Below, in pieces: positions 31,059-40,888 of a DNA stretch of 64,000 bases (the stretch's first letter is position 1; every line of letters begins with the position of its first letter). The translations under genes were made by a program, and so were the position numbers. Location: positions 101,397-165,396 of the forward strand of contig JBDRRF010000103.1 in assembly GCA_043825875.1 (NCBI GenBank). Reading direction: 5' to 3'. This DNA is from Pseudomonadota bacterium. GTDB taxonomy: Bacteria; Desulfobacterota; Desulfobacteria; Desulfobacterales; RPRI01. The notes below the pieces were generated by a model. The model was not told the origin of the DNA. It was given only the letters and a program-made list of their open reading frames with translations, and did not search any database.

Positions 31059-31394
31059 TTATGAAAGAACAGCAATCTTTCTAATAGTATCTAAAATAGC
31101 TTTTTTTAAAGAAGCGGAAGTTTTGATGAATTTTACGCCCATTCCGGCTTCGGTTTCTAATTCTGAGGTATTTATCCAGATAACCTTAGAATCAACTTCT
31201 GCCCGGCCTATTTCTCCTACAGAAAAAGTTAGCTTTATAGTTTCTCCTACAGTAAGCGGTTTTTGAGTACATATAAACATGCCATCTACGGACAGATCTT
31301 TACTGTATGAAATCAGATAGTCCCCATCATGGACATATTTTATTTCGTATTTTGCAGGAATACGTTTATTGATTCTGCTTTCAGATGATGTCAT
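31059..31394 (-). CDS. Single-domain PilZ protein
   Basis: RINKR (RxxxR) and DLSVDG (DxSxxG), GMGVKF. Confidence 0.85.
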   Translation of the reverse strand: MTSSESRINKRIPAKYEIKYVHDGDYLISYSKDLSVDGMFICTQKPLTVGETIKLTFSVGEIGRAEVDSKVIWINTSELETEAGMGVKFIKTSASLKKAILDTIRKIAVLS

Positions 31395-31420
31395 TTTCCT
31401 TTCCTGTTATTTTGATATTT

Positions 31421-31472
31421 ATTTGAGCCCAACGCAGAGATCGGCCAAAATGGGGCGTTTTGCAATTGGCTC
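31421..31472 (+). repeat. MITE family A, half copy overlapping the gpmI stop codon
   Basis: ATTTGAGCCCAACGCAGAGATCGGCCAAAATGGGGCGTTTTGCAATTGGCTC. Confidence 0.8.
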
Positions 31473-33012
31473 ATTTGATTAAAGATTCTCCAGTCATGGA
31501 CGCAGGTTTTTCGATTTCCATAATCTCAAGTATGGTAGGTGCGATATCTCCCAGTACGCCGTTTCTTAATTTAATATTTTTTCTTGAATCATCAACAAGT
31601 ATAAAAGGAACCGGATTTAAAGTATGGGCTGTGTGAACATGTTTTTGTTCATCAAGCATGGTTTCTGCATTGCCATGATCTGCTGTAACTATAAGCACGC
31701 CTTTTTGCTTTTTTATTTCTGCTGCAATCTGGCTCACGCACGAATCAATTGTTTCGCATGCATAAATTGCAGCTTCAATTACTCCGGTGTGTCCCACCAT
31801 ATCCATATTTGCAAAATTAAGCGCTATAAAATCATAGTGCGTCGATTTTAAGCGGGATAGTATTTCGGCAGTTACGAGCCTTGCGCTCATTTCCGGCTTT
31901 TTGTCATAGGTTGGAACTTCCCGCGGAGAAGGAATCAGGCAGCGTTCTTCTAAAGGAAATGGGTGCTCTTCTCCTCCGTTTAAGAAATAGGTTACATGAG
32001 CATATTTTTCCGTTTCCGCAATTCTTAGCTGTTTTAAGCCCTTTTTACTTATTACTTCTCCAAGGATATCGGTAAGATGAACAGGTGAAAAAGCAACCGG
32101 CAGGGTAAATGTTTCATCATATTGGGTCATGCTTACAAATCCTGTTAGTTGCGGGTGAGGATCTCTATTGAAAAAACTAAAATCAGGATCTGTGAGCGTG
32201 CGTGTTATTTCTCTTGCGCGGTCTGAACGAAAGTTGAAAAAAACAACAGCATCATTGTCTTTGATTTTTCCCGCAGGATTTCCATCCTTATCTATAATTA
32301 TAATTGGTTTGACAAATTCGTCCGTTTCGTTTTTTGAATATGAGTTTTTTATTGCATCAACAGGATTTGTTTCTTTTATTCCTTCTCCTTTTGTATAAAG
32401 CCGGTAGGCCTTTTCTACTCTTTCCCATCTGGTATCGCGATCCATTGCATAAAAACGTCCGCAGACAGATGCAATTTTTCCCACTCCTTTTTCATCAATA
32501 TAAGTTTGTAACTTCTGCATGTATCCTACGCCGCTGTCGGGCGCAGTATCTCTTCCGTCAAGTATTGCATGGATATAAACATTTTCCAGGCCGTTTTCTT
32601 TTGCCATGTCAATTAGAGCAAAAAGATGCTTTATCTGGCTGTGAACTCCCCCGTCTGAAAGAAGACCGATAAAATGTAAAGCAGCTTTTTTATCTTTAAC
32701 TTTTTTCATAATCAGGCAAAGAGCTTGGTTTTTAAAAAAGCTTTTATCCTTTATAGCCTTATCTATTCTTAAGAGATCCTGGTAAACAACCCTGCCTGCG
32801 CCAATATTTAAATGCCCCACTTCGGAATTTCCCATAATACCTTCAGGAAGTCCTACTGCCTCGCCTGAGCATTTTAAGCTTGTGAAAGGGTATTCTTTTT
32901 TGATTGAATCAAGAAAAGGTGTTTTTGCAAGAGTTATAGCATTGCCGTCATTCGTCTTTCCAATCCCCCAACCATCTAAGATTATGAGCATGCAAAAGTT
33001 TGGTTTCGGCAT
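31471..33012 (-). CDS. gpmI: 2,3-bisphosphoglycerate-independent phosphoglycerate mutase
   Basis: ILDGWG, MGNSEVGH, AETEKYAHVT, DMVGHTG, TADHGNAE. Confidence 0.95.
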   Translation of the reverse strand: MPKPNFCMLIILDGWGIGKTNDGNAITLAKTPFLDSIKKEYPFTSLKCSGEAVGLPEGIMGNSEVGHLNIGAGRVVYQDLLRIDKAIKDKSFFKNQALCLIMKKVKDKKAALHFIGLLSDGGVHSQIKHLFALIDMAKENGLENVYIHAILDGRDTAPDSGVGYMQKLQTYIDEKGVGKIASVCGRFYAMDRDTRWERVEKAYRLYTKGEGIKETNPVDAIKNSYSKNETDEFVKPIIIIDKDGNPAGKIKDNDAVVFFNFRSDRAREITRTLTDPDFSFFNRDPHPQLTGFVSMTQYDETFTLPVAFSPVHLTDILGEVISKKGLKQLRIAETEKYAHVTYFLNGGEEHPFPLEERCLIPSPREVPTYDKKPEMSARLVTAEILSRLKSTHYDFIALNFANMDMVGHTGVIEAAIYACETIDSCVSQIAAEIKKQKGVLIVTADHGNAETMLDEQKHVHTAHTLNPVPFILVDDSRKNIKLRNGVLGDIAPTILEIMEIEKPASMTGESLIK

Positions 33013-33064
33013 AAAGTTAAATACTCCTTATTGACTTTTTACTCAGCGTAAAAAAGAACACATC

Positions 33065-33490
33065 TTATTCCAGGCCGGGGTTTACATCGTCTTCGGTCTG
33101 TTCATGGGCTTTTTCGAGCTCATCAAATTTTATCCGTTTTGCATCCGACCACAGGCCCTCAAGATCATAAAACTGCCTTACGGTATCATAAAAAACGTGA
33201 ATTACAACATCTCCGTAATCGAGTAAAACCCATTGTCCTTCGTTTTTCCCCTCAACACTCAATGCCTTTATTCCGGATTTTTTCATGAATCGCTCAATGA
33301 ATTCGGCTATCGCAGTTACCTGGCGATTTGAACTACCTGTACATATTATAAAGGCATCTGCAAGAGAAGTAAGTCCCCGTAGGTCAAGGGCCAGTATATC
33401 TTCAGCCTTTTTACCTAATACAGCTTTGATATAAAGATCAAATGATGGAGTAATTTCTTCTTTTACCTTTGGAGTTTTTTTATCTGTCAT
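33065..33490 (-). CDS. rsfS: Ribosome silencing factor
   Basis: WVLLDYGDVVIHVF...FYDLEGLW; follows nadD. Confidence 0.95.
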   Translation of the reverse strand: MTDKKTPKVKEEITPSFDLYIKAVLGKKAEDILALDLRGLTSLADAFIICTGSSNRQVTAIAEFIERFMKKSGIKALSVEGKNEGQWVLLDYGDVVIHVFYDTVRQFYDLEGLWSDAKRIKFDELEKAHEQTEDDVNPGLE

Positions 33491-34155
33491 ATATATAATC
33501 CATTGTTTTTTACAAAAAGTTCAACATCTTCCGGCATAAAAAAACTAACCGGCTCTTTATTTTTAATAAGTGTTCGGATATTTGTGGAAGAAATATCTAT
33601 CGGAGTTATATCAAGCATATATACAGGCTGATATACTTTATGAGTATATACTGAATCCTTTTTTGAAAATAAATACCCGTCTGATATTTTTGTGTTAAGA
33701 AAATCCGAAACCGCCGCAACTCTATCTTTATCTTCGCAATAGTTTAAGCCCGGTCTTGTCATAACTATAAAAGGAATAACACGAAAAAGCTCTTTGAAAG
33801 ATTTCCATGTGTCTATTTCAAGAAAAGCATCAAGACCTAATATAAGATAATAAGCAGCAGGTTCGGTTTGGTCTGATTGAAAATATTTAACCGTATCTAT
33901 TGTATAAGATGGCCCCTGCCTGTTTAGCTCAACGTTTGACAGATAAAATTCAGGATAGCTTTTTATGGCTATCTTTAACATTTCAAAACGATCTTTAGCA
34001 TTGGCAATGCGTGATGGGCTTTTGTGCGGAGGTATAGCAGATGGAATAAAACAGACTTTATCCAGCAAAAACCTGACCCTCACTTCAGCAGCAGATCTTA
34101 AATGCCCGAAATGAACCGGATTGAATGTACCTCCGAACAGTCCTATGTTTTTCAA
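33487..34155 (-). CDS. nadD: Nicotinate-nucleotide adenylyltransferase
   Basis: GGTFNPVHFGH, PPHK, SYTIDT, ISST. Confidence 0.95.
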   Translation of the reverse strand: MKNIGLFGGTFNPVHFGHLRSAAEVRVRFLLDKVCFIPSAIPPHKSPSRIANAKDRFEMLKIAIKSYPEFYLSNVELNRQGPSYTIDTVKYFQSDQTEPAAYYLILGLDAFLEIDTWKSFKELFRVIPFIVMTRPGLNYCEDKDRVAAVSDFLNTKISDGYLFSKKDSVYTHKVYQPVYMLDITPIDISSTNIRTLIKNKEPVSFFMPEDVELFVKNNGLYI

Positions 34156-34180
34156 GTTTTTCTCATCCGCCAGGGTTAAT

Positions 34181-34303
34181 TAGACTTTCAGATAATGTTT
34201 TTGGCAAGGCCAGAAGGCGCTCCCCTGAGTAAGGCGTACAGTTGGTACGTTGCCGAAGGGGAGCGACTGATAACGCAGTCCAAAAATTTTATCTGGAAGT
34301 CTA
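34181..34303. mobile_element. Second MITE-like palindromic element (family B) between proA and nadD
   Basis: Ends TAGACTTTCAGATAA / TTATCTGGAAGTCTA; nested stems CGCTCCCCT/AGGGGAGCG and CGTAC/GTACG. Confidence 0.65.
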
Positions 34304-34311
34304 TGATTATT

Positions 34312-35568
34312 TTATTCCCTTATCTGTCCATTACCCAAAGCCACAAATTTCGTTGTTGTAAGCTCTTCCAATCCCATGGGTCCGAATGCATGAAGCTTGG
34401 AAGTACTGATTCCGATTTCAGCCCCCAATCCTAGCTGACCGCCATCATTAAACCTTGTTGATGCATTTACAAGCACCACCGAAGAATCAACCTCACTTGT
34501 GAAACGCCGCGCCCTGCTGTAATCACTGGTAACGATTGATTCTGTATGGTTTGATCCATATTTTTCTATATGGCTAACAGCTTCATCCATATCATCAACA
34601 ATTTTAACGGCAATGATAAGGTCCAGATATTCAGCCGGCCAGTCTTCTTCTTTTGCTTTTTTTGCCGTTTTAATAATTTTACATGTTTTGCTGCAACCTC
34701 TGATTTCAACTCCGGCTGATTTAAAATCTTTTGCCATTTGAGGAAGAAAATTCTTTGCCGCATTTTTGTGGACAAGCATGGTTTCCATGGCATTGCAAAC
34801 TCCGGGACGATGCACTTTTGAATTAAAACAAATTTTTCGTGCCATATCTACATCAGCACCTTCATCTACATACACATGGCATACACCCTTGTAATGCTTC
34901 AAAACCGGAATTCTTGAATTCTTAACAACAAAACGAATAAGCTCTTCCCCACCTCTAGGAATAATAAGATCGATATATTCTTCCTGGCTTAAAAGGGCAT
35001 TTACTGCTATTCTCTCTTTAACAGGAACAACCTGAACCACTTCTTCCGGCATGCCTGAAAGCGCCAGAGCTTTTTTAATTATTCCGGCAAGCGCCTGGTT
35101 TGAGTAAAAAGCATCTGATCCACCGCGCAATATAACTGCATTTCCGGCTTTAAGACATAGTCCTGCCGCATCAATAGTAACATTTGGCCTTGACTCATAA
35201 ATGATTCCAATAACTCCAAGCGGTATTCGCATGCGCGATACCTCAATACCATTTGGCCTTATCCAGGTTTTGACTATCGAGCCTACCGGATCTTCAAGCG
35301 CTGCAACTTCTTTAAGACCGTCAGCCATGGATTTTATTGTGGCATCCTTTATGGCAAGCCGGTCTATAAAAGCTGCGGAAAGTCCGGCTTTTTTGGCAAG
35401 CGAAAGGTCTTTTTTATTTTCTTTTTTTATGTAAGCTTGATTCTTTACTATTTCATCGGCAATTTTTAAAAGCACCTCGTTTTTTTTTGCTGTAGGGCAT
35501 CTTGCTAAAACTCTTGATGCGGTTCTTGCCGATTTTGCCATTTGTTCTATAATTTTATCAACAGACAT
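34312..35568 (-). CDS. proA: Gamma-glutamyl phosphate reductase
   Basis: [38 protein letters not shown]. Confidence 0.95.
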   Translation of the reverse strand: MSVDKIIEQMAKSARTASRVLARCPTAKKNEVLLKIADEIVKNQAYIKKENKKDLSLAKKAGLSAAFIDRLAIKDATIKSMADGLKEVAALEDPVGSIVKTWIRPNGIEVSRMRIPLGVIGIIYESRPNVTIDAAGLCLKAGNAVILRGGSDAFYSNQALAGIIKKALALSGMPEEVVQVVPVKERIAVNALLSQEEYIDLIIPRGGEELIRFVVKNSRIPVLKHYKGVCHVYVDEGADVDMARKICFNSKVHRPGVCNAMETMLVHKNAAKNFLPQMAKDFKSAGVEIRGCSKTCKIIKTAKKAKEEDWPAEYLDLIIAVKIVDDMDEAVSHIEKYGSNHTESIVTSDYSRARRFTSEVDSSVVLVNASTRFNDGGQLGLGAEIGISTSKLHAFGPMGLEELTTTKFVALGNGQIRE

Positions 35569-35592
35569 ATGTATTCTCCCTTATATCTGGGT

Positions 35593-36732
35593 TTATTCAC
35601 ATTCAGCCGTAAGCGCCAGATTATCTCTGTGTATTACCTCATCATAAGGCTTATGCCCGAGTTTTTCCTTTATACGGCTGGTTTTAAGTCCCATAATCTT
35701 TTTGATATCAGCTGAGCTGTAATTTACAAGCCCCACTCCAAGAACTTCTTTTTTTGAATTACAAAATTCAACCGGCGCACCTTCCTTAAATTCGCCGTCC
35801 ACACCGACGATACCTCCCGGCAGCAGGCTTTTGCCCTTATTTGTAATTGCAGATTCAGCTCCATCATCAATGATAACCGCGCCCTGAGGTTTCAGAGAAT
35901 AGCCTATCCAGCATTTTTTTCTTGAAAGCCTTTCTTTTTTTGGAACAAAAAAGGTGCCATGTTCTTCACCTGCAAAAATCCGGGTAAGAATATCGGGTTT
36001 TTCACCTTTTGCTATAATCATGGGAATTCCTGCCGCTGTAACCTTTTTTGCAGCCATGATTTTAGTAAACATCCCTCCGGTTCCAAGCGGACCGGCAATG
36101 TTGCAGGCCATTTTTTCTATACTCTTGGTAATACTTTCAACAACAGGAATTAGTTTTGCGTTCGGATTGTTTCGTGGGTCTTTATCATAAAGTCCATCAA
36201 TATCTGTAAGAGTTATCAGAATGTCGGCATCCAGAAGAAGGGCTATCATAGCGGCAAGATTGTCATTGTCACCGAATTTGATCTCATCAACAACAACAGT
36301 ATCATTTTCGTTTATTACAGGAACAACTTTCCATGATAAAAGCGTATATATTGTATTTCGCGCGTTTAAATATCTTTTTCTGTTTGAAAGATCATCGCTT
36401 GTAAGAAGTATCTGCGCAACTTTTTTGTCAAAACGCTCAAAAGCTTTTTCATATTCCATGATAAGCCCGGCCTGTCCCACTGCGGCCACAGCCTGCCTTT
36501 TTGGAATTTCATCAGGCCTTTTCGCAAGACCGATTTTTTTTGTCCCCGATGCCATGGCTCCTGAAGAGACAAGAATTACTTCCATTTTTTTGTCCATCAG
36601 TTTGCTTATTTGCCTGCTTATCGAGTCGATGACTTTTAAATTCAGCCCATGATCCTGGGTTAGAACATTACTTCCTATTTTAACAACAACTTTTTTAACA
36701 GAAGTAATCATCAATTTATAACCATCTTTCAT
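35593..36732 (-). CDS. proB: Glutamate 5-kinase with PUA domain
   Basis: VVKIGS, VSSGA, NENDTV, FGDNDNL, GTGGMFTK. Confidence 0.95.
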   Translation of the reverse strand: MKDGYKLMITSVKKVVVKIGSNVLTQDHGLNLKVIDSISRQISKLMDKKMEVILVSSGAMASGTKKIGLAKRPDEIPKRQAVAAVGQAGLIMEYEKAFERFDKKVAQILLTSDDLSNRKRYLNARNTIYTLLSWKVVPVINENDTVVVDEIKFGDNDNLAAMIALLLDADILITLTDIDGLYDKDPRNNPNAKLIPVVESITKSIEKMACNIAGPLGTGGMFTKIMAAKKVTAAGIPMIIAKGEKPDILTRIFAGEEHGTFFVPKKERLSRKKCWIGYSLKPQGAVIIDDGAESAITNKGKSLLPGGIVGVDGEFKEGAPVEFCNSKKEVLGVGLVNYSSADIKKIMGLKTSRIKEKLGHKPYDEVIHRDNLALTAECE

Positions 36733-36736
36733 AAAA

Positions 36737-37732
36737 TTAATGCTTTTCCAGTAATTGCAGAATCTTTTTTTTAAGCTCGGTTATGCCTTTGCCGGTTGCG
36801 GCAGATATGGTTAATACCTTCACATTTTTGGCTGCTTTAATAAAAATATCGGCAGACTCTTCAGCTTCTGTAATATCCAATTTATTTAATACCACCAACT
36901 GAGGCTTTTCGGCAAGGGTTTTACTGTATGAGGCAAGTTCTTTATTAATTATATCGTAACCATATAGAGGGTTGTCTATAGTTATGGCGGATGCATCAAT
37001 TAAGTGAATGAGAATATGTGTACGTTCAACATGTTTTAGAAATTGTATGCCGAGCCCTGTGCCTTTGTGAGCGCCTTCTATCAGGCCGGGAATATCAGCC
37101 ACCACAAACGGCTCTTCTTGTTCAACCTTGACTACTCCAAGAGCCGGTGTAAGTGTGGTAAAAGGGTAATCGGCTATTTTGGGACGTGCAGAAGAAATAA
37201 CGCTGACAAGTGTTGACTTGCCTGCATTGGGAAGTCCTACAATTCCAACATCGGCAATAAGTTTAAGCTCGAGCTTTATATTTAGGGTTTGGCCTTCTTC
37301 GCCCGGTTGGGCAAAGCGTGGTGCACGGTGAGTTGATGAGGCAAACTTTTTATTGCCCTGACCACCTCTGCCTCCAACTGCAATAGCAAAAGTTTTATCG
37401 GGTTCAACTAAATCTTTTAGAATAAGACCTGTGTCTGTATCAATTAATACTGTACCGGGAGGAAGTTCAACAATCAGGTCTTTTCCTTTTTTCCCGGATC
37501 TTTGATTTCCTTCTCCGTGCCCGCCGTTTTCTGCTTTAAATAATTTTTTATACTTAAAATCATAAAGGGTGCGTTTTTGCGATGTTGTCTTTATAACAAC
37601 ATCGCCGCCCTTTCCGCCATCTCCGCCGTCCGGGCCTCCGCGCGGTATAAATTTTTCCCTCCGGAAGCTTACACAGCCTTTTCCTCCATTTCCGGACTGG
37701 ATAGTAATAATTGCTTCATCAATAAATTTCAC
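36737..37732 (-). CDS. obgE: GTPase ObgE
   Basis: [42 protein letters not shown]. Confidence 0.97.
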   Translation of the reverse strand: MKFIDEAIITIQSGNGGKGCVSFRREKFIPRGGPDGGDGGKGGDVVIKTTSQKRTLYDFKYKKLFKAENGGHGEGNQRSGKKGKDLIVELPPGTVLIDTDTGLILKDLVEPDKTFAIAVGGRGGQGNKKFASSTHRAPRFAQPGEEGQTLNIKLELKLIADVGIVGLPNAGKSTLVSVISSARPKIADYPFTTLTPALGVVKVEQEEPFVVADIPGLIEGAHKGTGLGIQFLKHVERTHILIHLIDASAITIDNPLYGYDIINKELASYSKTLAEKPQLVVLNKLDITEAEESADIFIKAAKNVKVLTISAATGKGITELKKKILQLLEKH

Positions 37733-37983
37733 TCTGCATATACGCTGGCTTTTTTGCGCGACTTGCCGAATTCTTCAAATTTAACAACTCCGTCTATCTT
37801 GGCAAACAAAGTATAATCCCTTCCCATGCCGACATTCTCACCGGGATGGATTTTTGTTCCCAATTGGCGGATTATAATACTTCCGGCTGTAACCTTTGTT
37901 CCGCCGTAAGCTTTAACTCCGCGCCTTTGCCCATTACTATCGCGACCGTTTCTTGAGCTGCCGCCTGCTTTTTTGTGTGCCAT
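37729..37983 (-). CDS. rpmA: 50S ribosomal protein L27
   Basis: [16 protein letters not shown]. Confidence 0.98.
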   Translation of the reverse strand: MAHKKAGGSSRNGRDSNGQRRGVKAYGGTKVTAGSIIIRQLGTKIHPGENVGMGRDYTLFAKIDGVVKFEEFGKSRKKASVYAE

Positions 37984-38088
37984 TTCAATAACTCCTGTAA
38001 AGACAAAACATGAATTTCAACCAAGTCGGTTTTGTATTCATTTATTTTATGATACTTCGCGGTATAGAACTGGTTTTACTAATATAAA

Positions 38089-38400
38089 CTATACCGTTAT
38101 GCTCTCAATTTTAACAGCCGTATATGGTTGACGATGTCCCTGTTTACGACGATATCCTTTGCGTCGTTTGAATTTAAAGACAAGAATTTTTTTTGCCTTG
38201 TCCTGTTCAACAATCTTTCCGACAACAGCGGCGTTTTCAACAAAAGGTTGTCCCACCTTTACCGTTTCTCCATCCGAAGACATCAAAACCTTATCAAATG
38301 AAATAGTTGAGCCAACATCTCCTGGGATTTTTTCCAGTCTGAAGGTTTCACCTTCCTCAACCCTATATTGCTTTCCGCCCGTATTAACAATAGCGTACAT
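38089..38400 (-). CDS. rplU: 50S ribosomal protein L21
   Basis: MYAIVNTGGKQYRV...GHRQPYT; start ATG 38400 after GGAGGG. Confidence 0.97.
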   Translation of the reverse strand: MYAIVNTGGKQYRVEEGETFRLEKIPGDVGSTISFDKVLMSSDGETVKVGQPFVENAAVVGKIVEQDKAKKILVFKFKRRKGYRRKQGHRQPYTAVKIESITV

Positions 38401-38780
38401 TTTACCCTCCCGAAAAATCAAATTACCTTATTTTGAAAAATACTTATAATATTCTACTAAAATATTTTGTCAATATAAATATGTGTTTATGCCCTTTATA
38501 TATATTTTGATTAAATTTTATGTTAAGGGACTTTAATATTGGATTTAATCTATATGGTTTTCAATTATTTATCAACAAGAGTTTAACAAAGTAATCCTGA
38601 ATATTTTTGAATGGAAATAACCCGTGACCTTTGGCGCACATTAGAGATGTCATTTTTCTCGGTTTTAAATTTTTAAACTGTGCAGAATCATTGATTTATT
38701 TAAATTATATGCTAAATAGTTAAAAACATAAATTATGTTTAAGAGGTATCTTATAAATAAAGTTTGTAAGGAGATGATTT

Positions 38781-39143
38781 ATGTTCAATAAACAAATTGA
38801 GCTTGATTTTGGAACATTTATTCTTGAAGCGGATCTACTTGATACCGCAATAGCAAGAAAATTTTCAGAAAACCTGCCATTTACAGTAAGCCTTATGCAA
38901 TGGGGCAAAGAACTTTACGGGTCTATAGGAACAGACTTGGGAGATGAAAATCCGGTGCCAAAAATTCCTCCCGGCGGAATCGCATATACCAATAATGGCA
39001 ATTATATGTGCATCTTTTTTGGCCAGACACCGGCTTGGGCAGTTGAACATATCGGCAATATAATCGGCGACCAGTGGATGCGTCTTAATGAAGGACAATC
39101 GATTTCTTCTGTAATTGTAAGAGCAAAAAAAGGATTAAACTGA
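38781..39143 (+). CDS. Cyclophilin-like fold protein (DUF369-like)
   Basis: LPF...WGKELY...GGIAY...CIFFGQTP. Confidence 0.75.
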   Translation: MFNKQIELDFGTFILEADLLDTAIARKFSENLPFTVSLMQWGKELYGSIGTDLGDENPVPKIPPGGIAYTNNGNYMCIFFGQTPAWAVEHIGNIIGDQWMRLNEGQSISSVIVRAKKGLN

Positions 39144-39147
39144 TAAA

Positions 39148-39759
39148 TTGGAACAACTTGAAACTGAAGTAAAATATTATATTACCGACAAAAATACTCT
39201 GCGGGATAAACTTATCTTGCTTGGCGCTTGCGCAGGTAAAAATCTTTTCGAAATAAATGTCAGATTTGATGACAAAAACAAAACACTGTTTAAAAATAAA
39301 TCCATGCTAAGAGTACGCAAGGATGAAAAAACCACTCTGACATTCAAATCACAGCCTGAAATCAAAGACAGCCGGTTTAAAACTTTAAAAGAGTATGAAA
39401 TTGAAGTAAGCGACTTTTCCACCACATGCCAAATCATAGAACTTCTTGGTTTAGCAAAACAGCAAATATATGAAAAATGGCGTGAAACTCTTACAATTGG
39501 AGACTCTGTCTTTTGTATTGATAAAATGCCTTACGGAGATTTTCTTGAAATCGAAGGAAGCGGTGAAGAAATTATAAGATATACAACCCTGCTAGGATTG
39601 GACTGGAAAAACCGCATACTTTTTAACTACCTTGAAATATTCGAAACATTAAAAAATTCCCTTAACCTCTCATTTTCCGATGTAACATTTGAAAATTTTA
39701 AAAATATCAAACTTGATTTCTCACAATTTCTTTCGGCTGTTACATCCGGTGATGTATAA
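39148..39759 (+). CDS. CYTH domain protein (class IV adenylate cyclase-like)
   Basis: N-terminal ETEVK (ExExK), LRVR, YEKWRE, FLEIEG. Confidence 0.88.
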   Translation: MEQLETEVKYYITDKNTLRDKLILLGACAGKNLFEINVRFDDKNKTLFKNKSMLRVRKDEKTTLTFKSQPEIKDSRFKTLKEYEIEVSDFSTTCQIIELLGLAKQQIYEKWRETLTIGDSVFCIDKMPYGDFLEIEGSGEEIIRYTTLLGLDWKNRILFNYLEIFETLKNSLNLSFSDVTFENFKNIKLDFSQFLSAVTSGDV

Positions 39760-40211
39760 TTGTTTTTTAGATATTCATTTAAGCAGGTTAACACGCTTAA
39801 TGGTATTTCACAGTTCTGCTATAATATTGTTGTTTAAGAGTCAATTTGAGAAATACATTGATAGGAAATTAGGGATAGGCTGACCGTCTGGGCATTTCTA
39901 TCCCGGCTGTGAGAAAATCGGACAGCCGGGAGTAGAAACTCACAAAGACAAAAAGCTTCTCATCGCATGTAAATTTATAAGTTTACTACGTTCCTGATAT
40001 TTCCCAAAATATTAACAAGAAAGGGATTTGTTTGTTAAGAAAATTTGAAAAGCTATTAATTTATACCAAGGTGCATTCAAAAAGATAGCAAGGTGACAAG
40101 GAGGTTTTCCCGCAGGTAAACTCGACTTACCGGTGAAAAAACTTGGACCATCGTTTATTACAACAACAAACATACAGCAGCTACCAAAAAAATATATAAA
40201 AGCGTAGCAAA

Positions 40212-40874
40212 TCAAATAAAAACAAGAAAACAATGAAATATTGCTATTGGGCTTTTTCCTAATGCACGATGATGCTTAGAACTGTAACAATGATTTAATT
40301 CTTTTATGATCTTTTTTTCTATCCAATATTCACCCGCATCTACCTGGTAGTCATCAGACTCATTAAGCAGTTTACTTTTTGCTTTCTCAGCCCAGTATTC
40401 AGCCGTGTGAGACTGAATGTATCCAAACATCCCTGCTTCATTGGTTTTGCGACCGTAACTGCCGGATAGAAATTCTCCAAGGCCTTCGGGCCCCAAATAT
40501 TTACCTATGGGATGCGTACTTGCTGAAAGTCGCTTTGCTTCAAAATAGTAACTGGGCCGAGGGCCGGATTGAACACGTACAAACTGGATATCGATTTTCT
40601 TCCGTCTTTTTCCTTTCCTGTTGTCAACATTTACGCGAGGATCTTCGACTATGTAGAAATTCGCTACCCATCTGGGATAAGTACGATCCTGTGTTATTTC
40701 ATTGATTTCCTTAACAAGATCTCCAGTGATATCTTCTTCTTCCGCTGTTTGGCATATTGAAGTATCGAGCCGGTCATAACCCCATTTAAGTAATCGGAAT
40801 ATCCGTTTTCGAAAGATGCGATGATAGTCTTCTTTATCATCTGATATTTGCGGATTCATATCGGTGTCCTGCAA
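40212..40874 (-). CDS. Putative PD-(D/E)xK restriction-endonuclease-fold protein
   Basis: EEDIT helix, KIDIQF and YFEAKRL give an E...D...ExK arrangement; 14 bp downstream of the methyltransferase. Confidence 0.6.
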   Translation of the reverse strand: MQDTDMNPQISDDKEDYHRIFRKRIFRLLKWGYDRLDTSICQTAEEEDITGDLVKEINEITQDRTYPRWVANFYIVEDPRVNVDNRKGKRRKKIDIQFVRVQSGPRPSYYFEAKRLSASTHPIGKYLGPEGLGEFLSGSYGRKTNEAGMFGYIQSHTAEYWAEKAKSKLLNESDDYQVDAGEYWIEKKIIKELNHCYSSKHHRALGKSPIAIFHCFLVFI

Positions 40875-40888
40875 TTGTCAGCTCCGAT

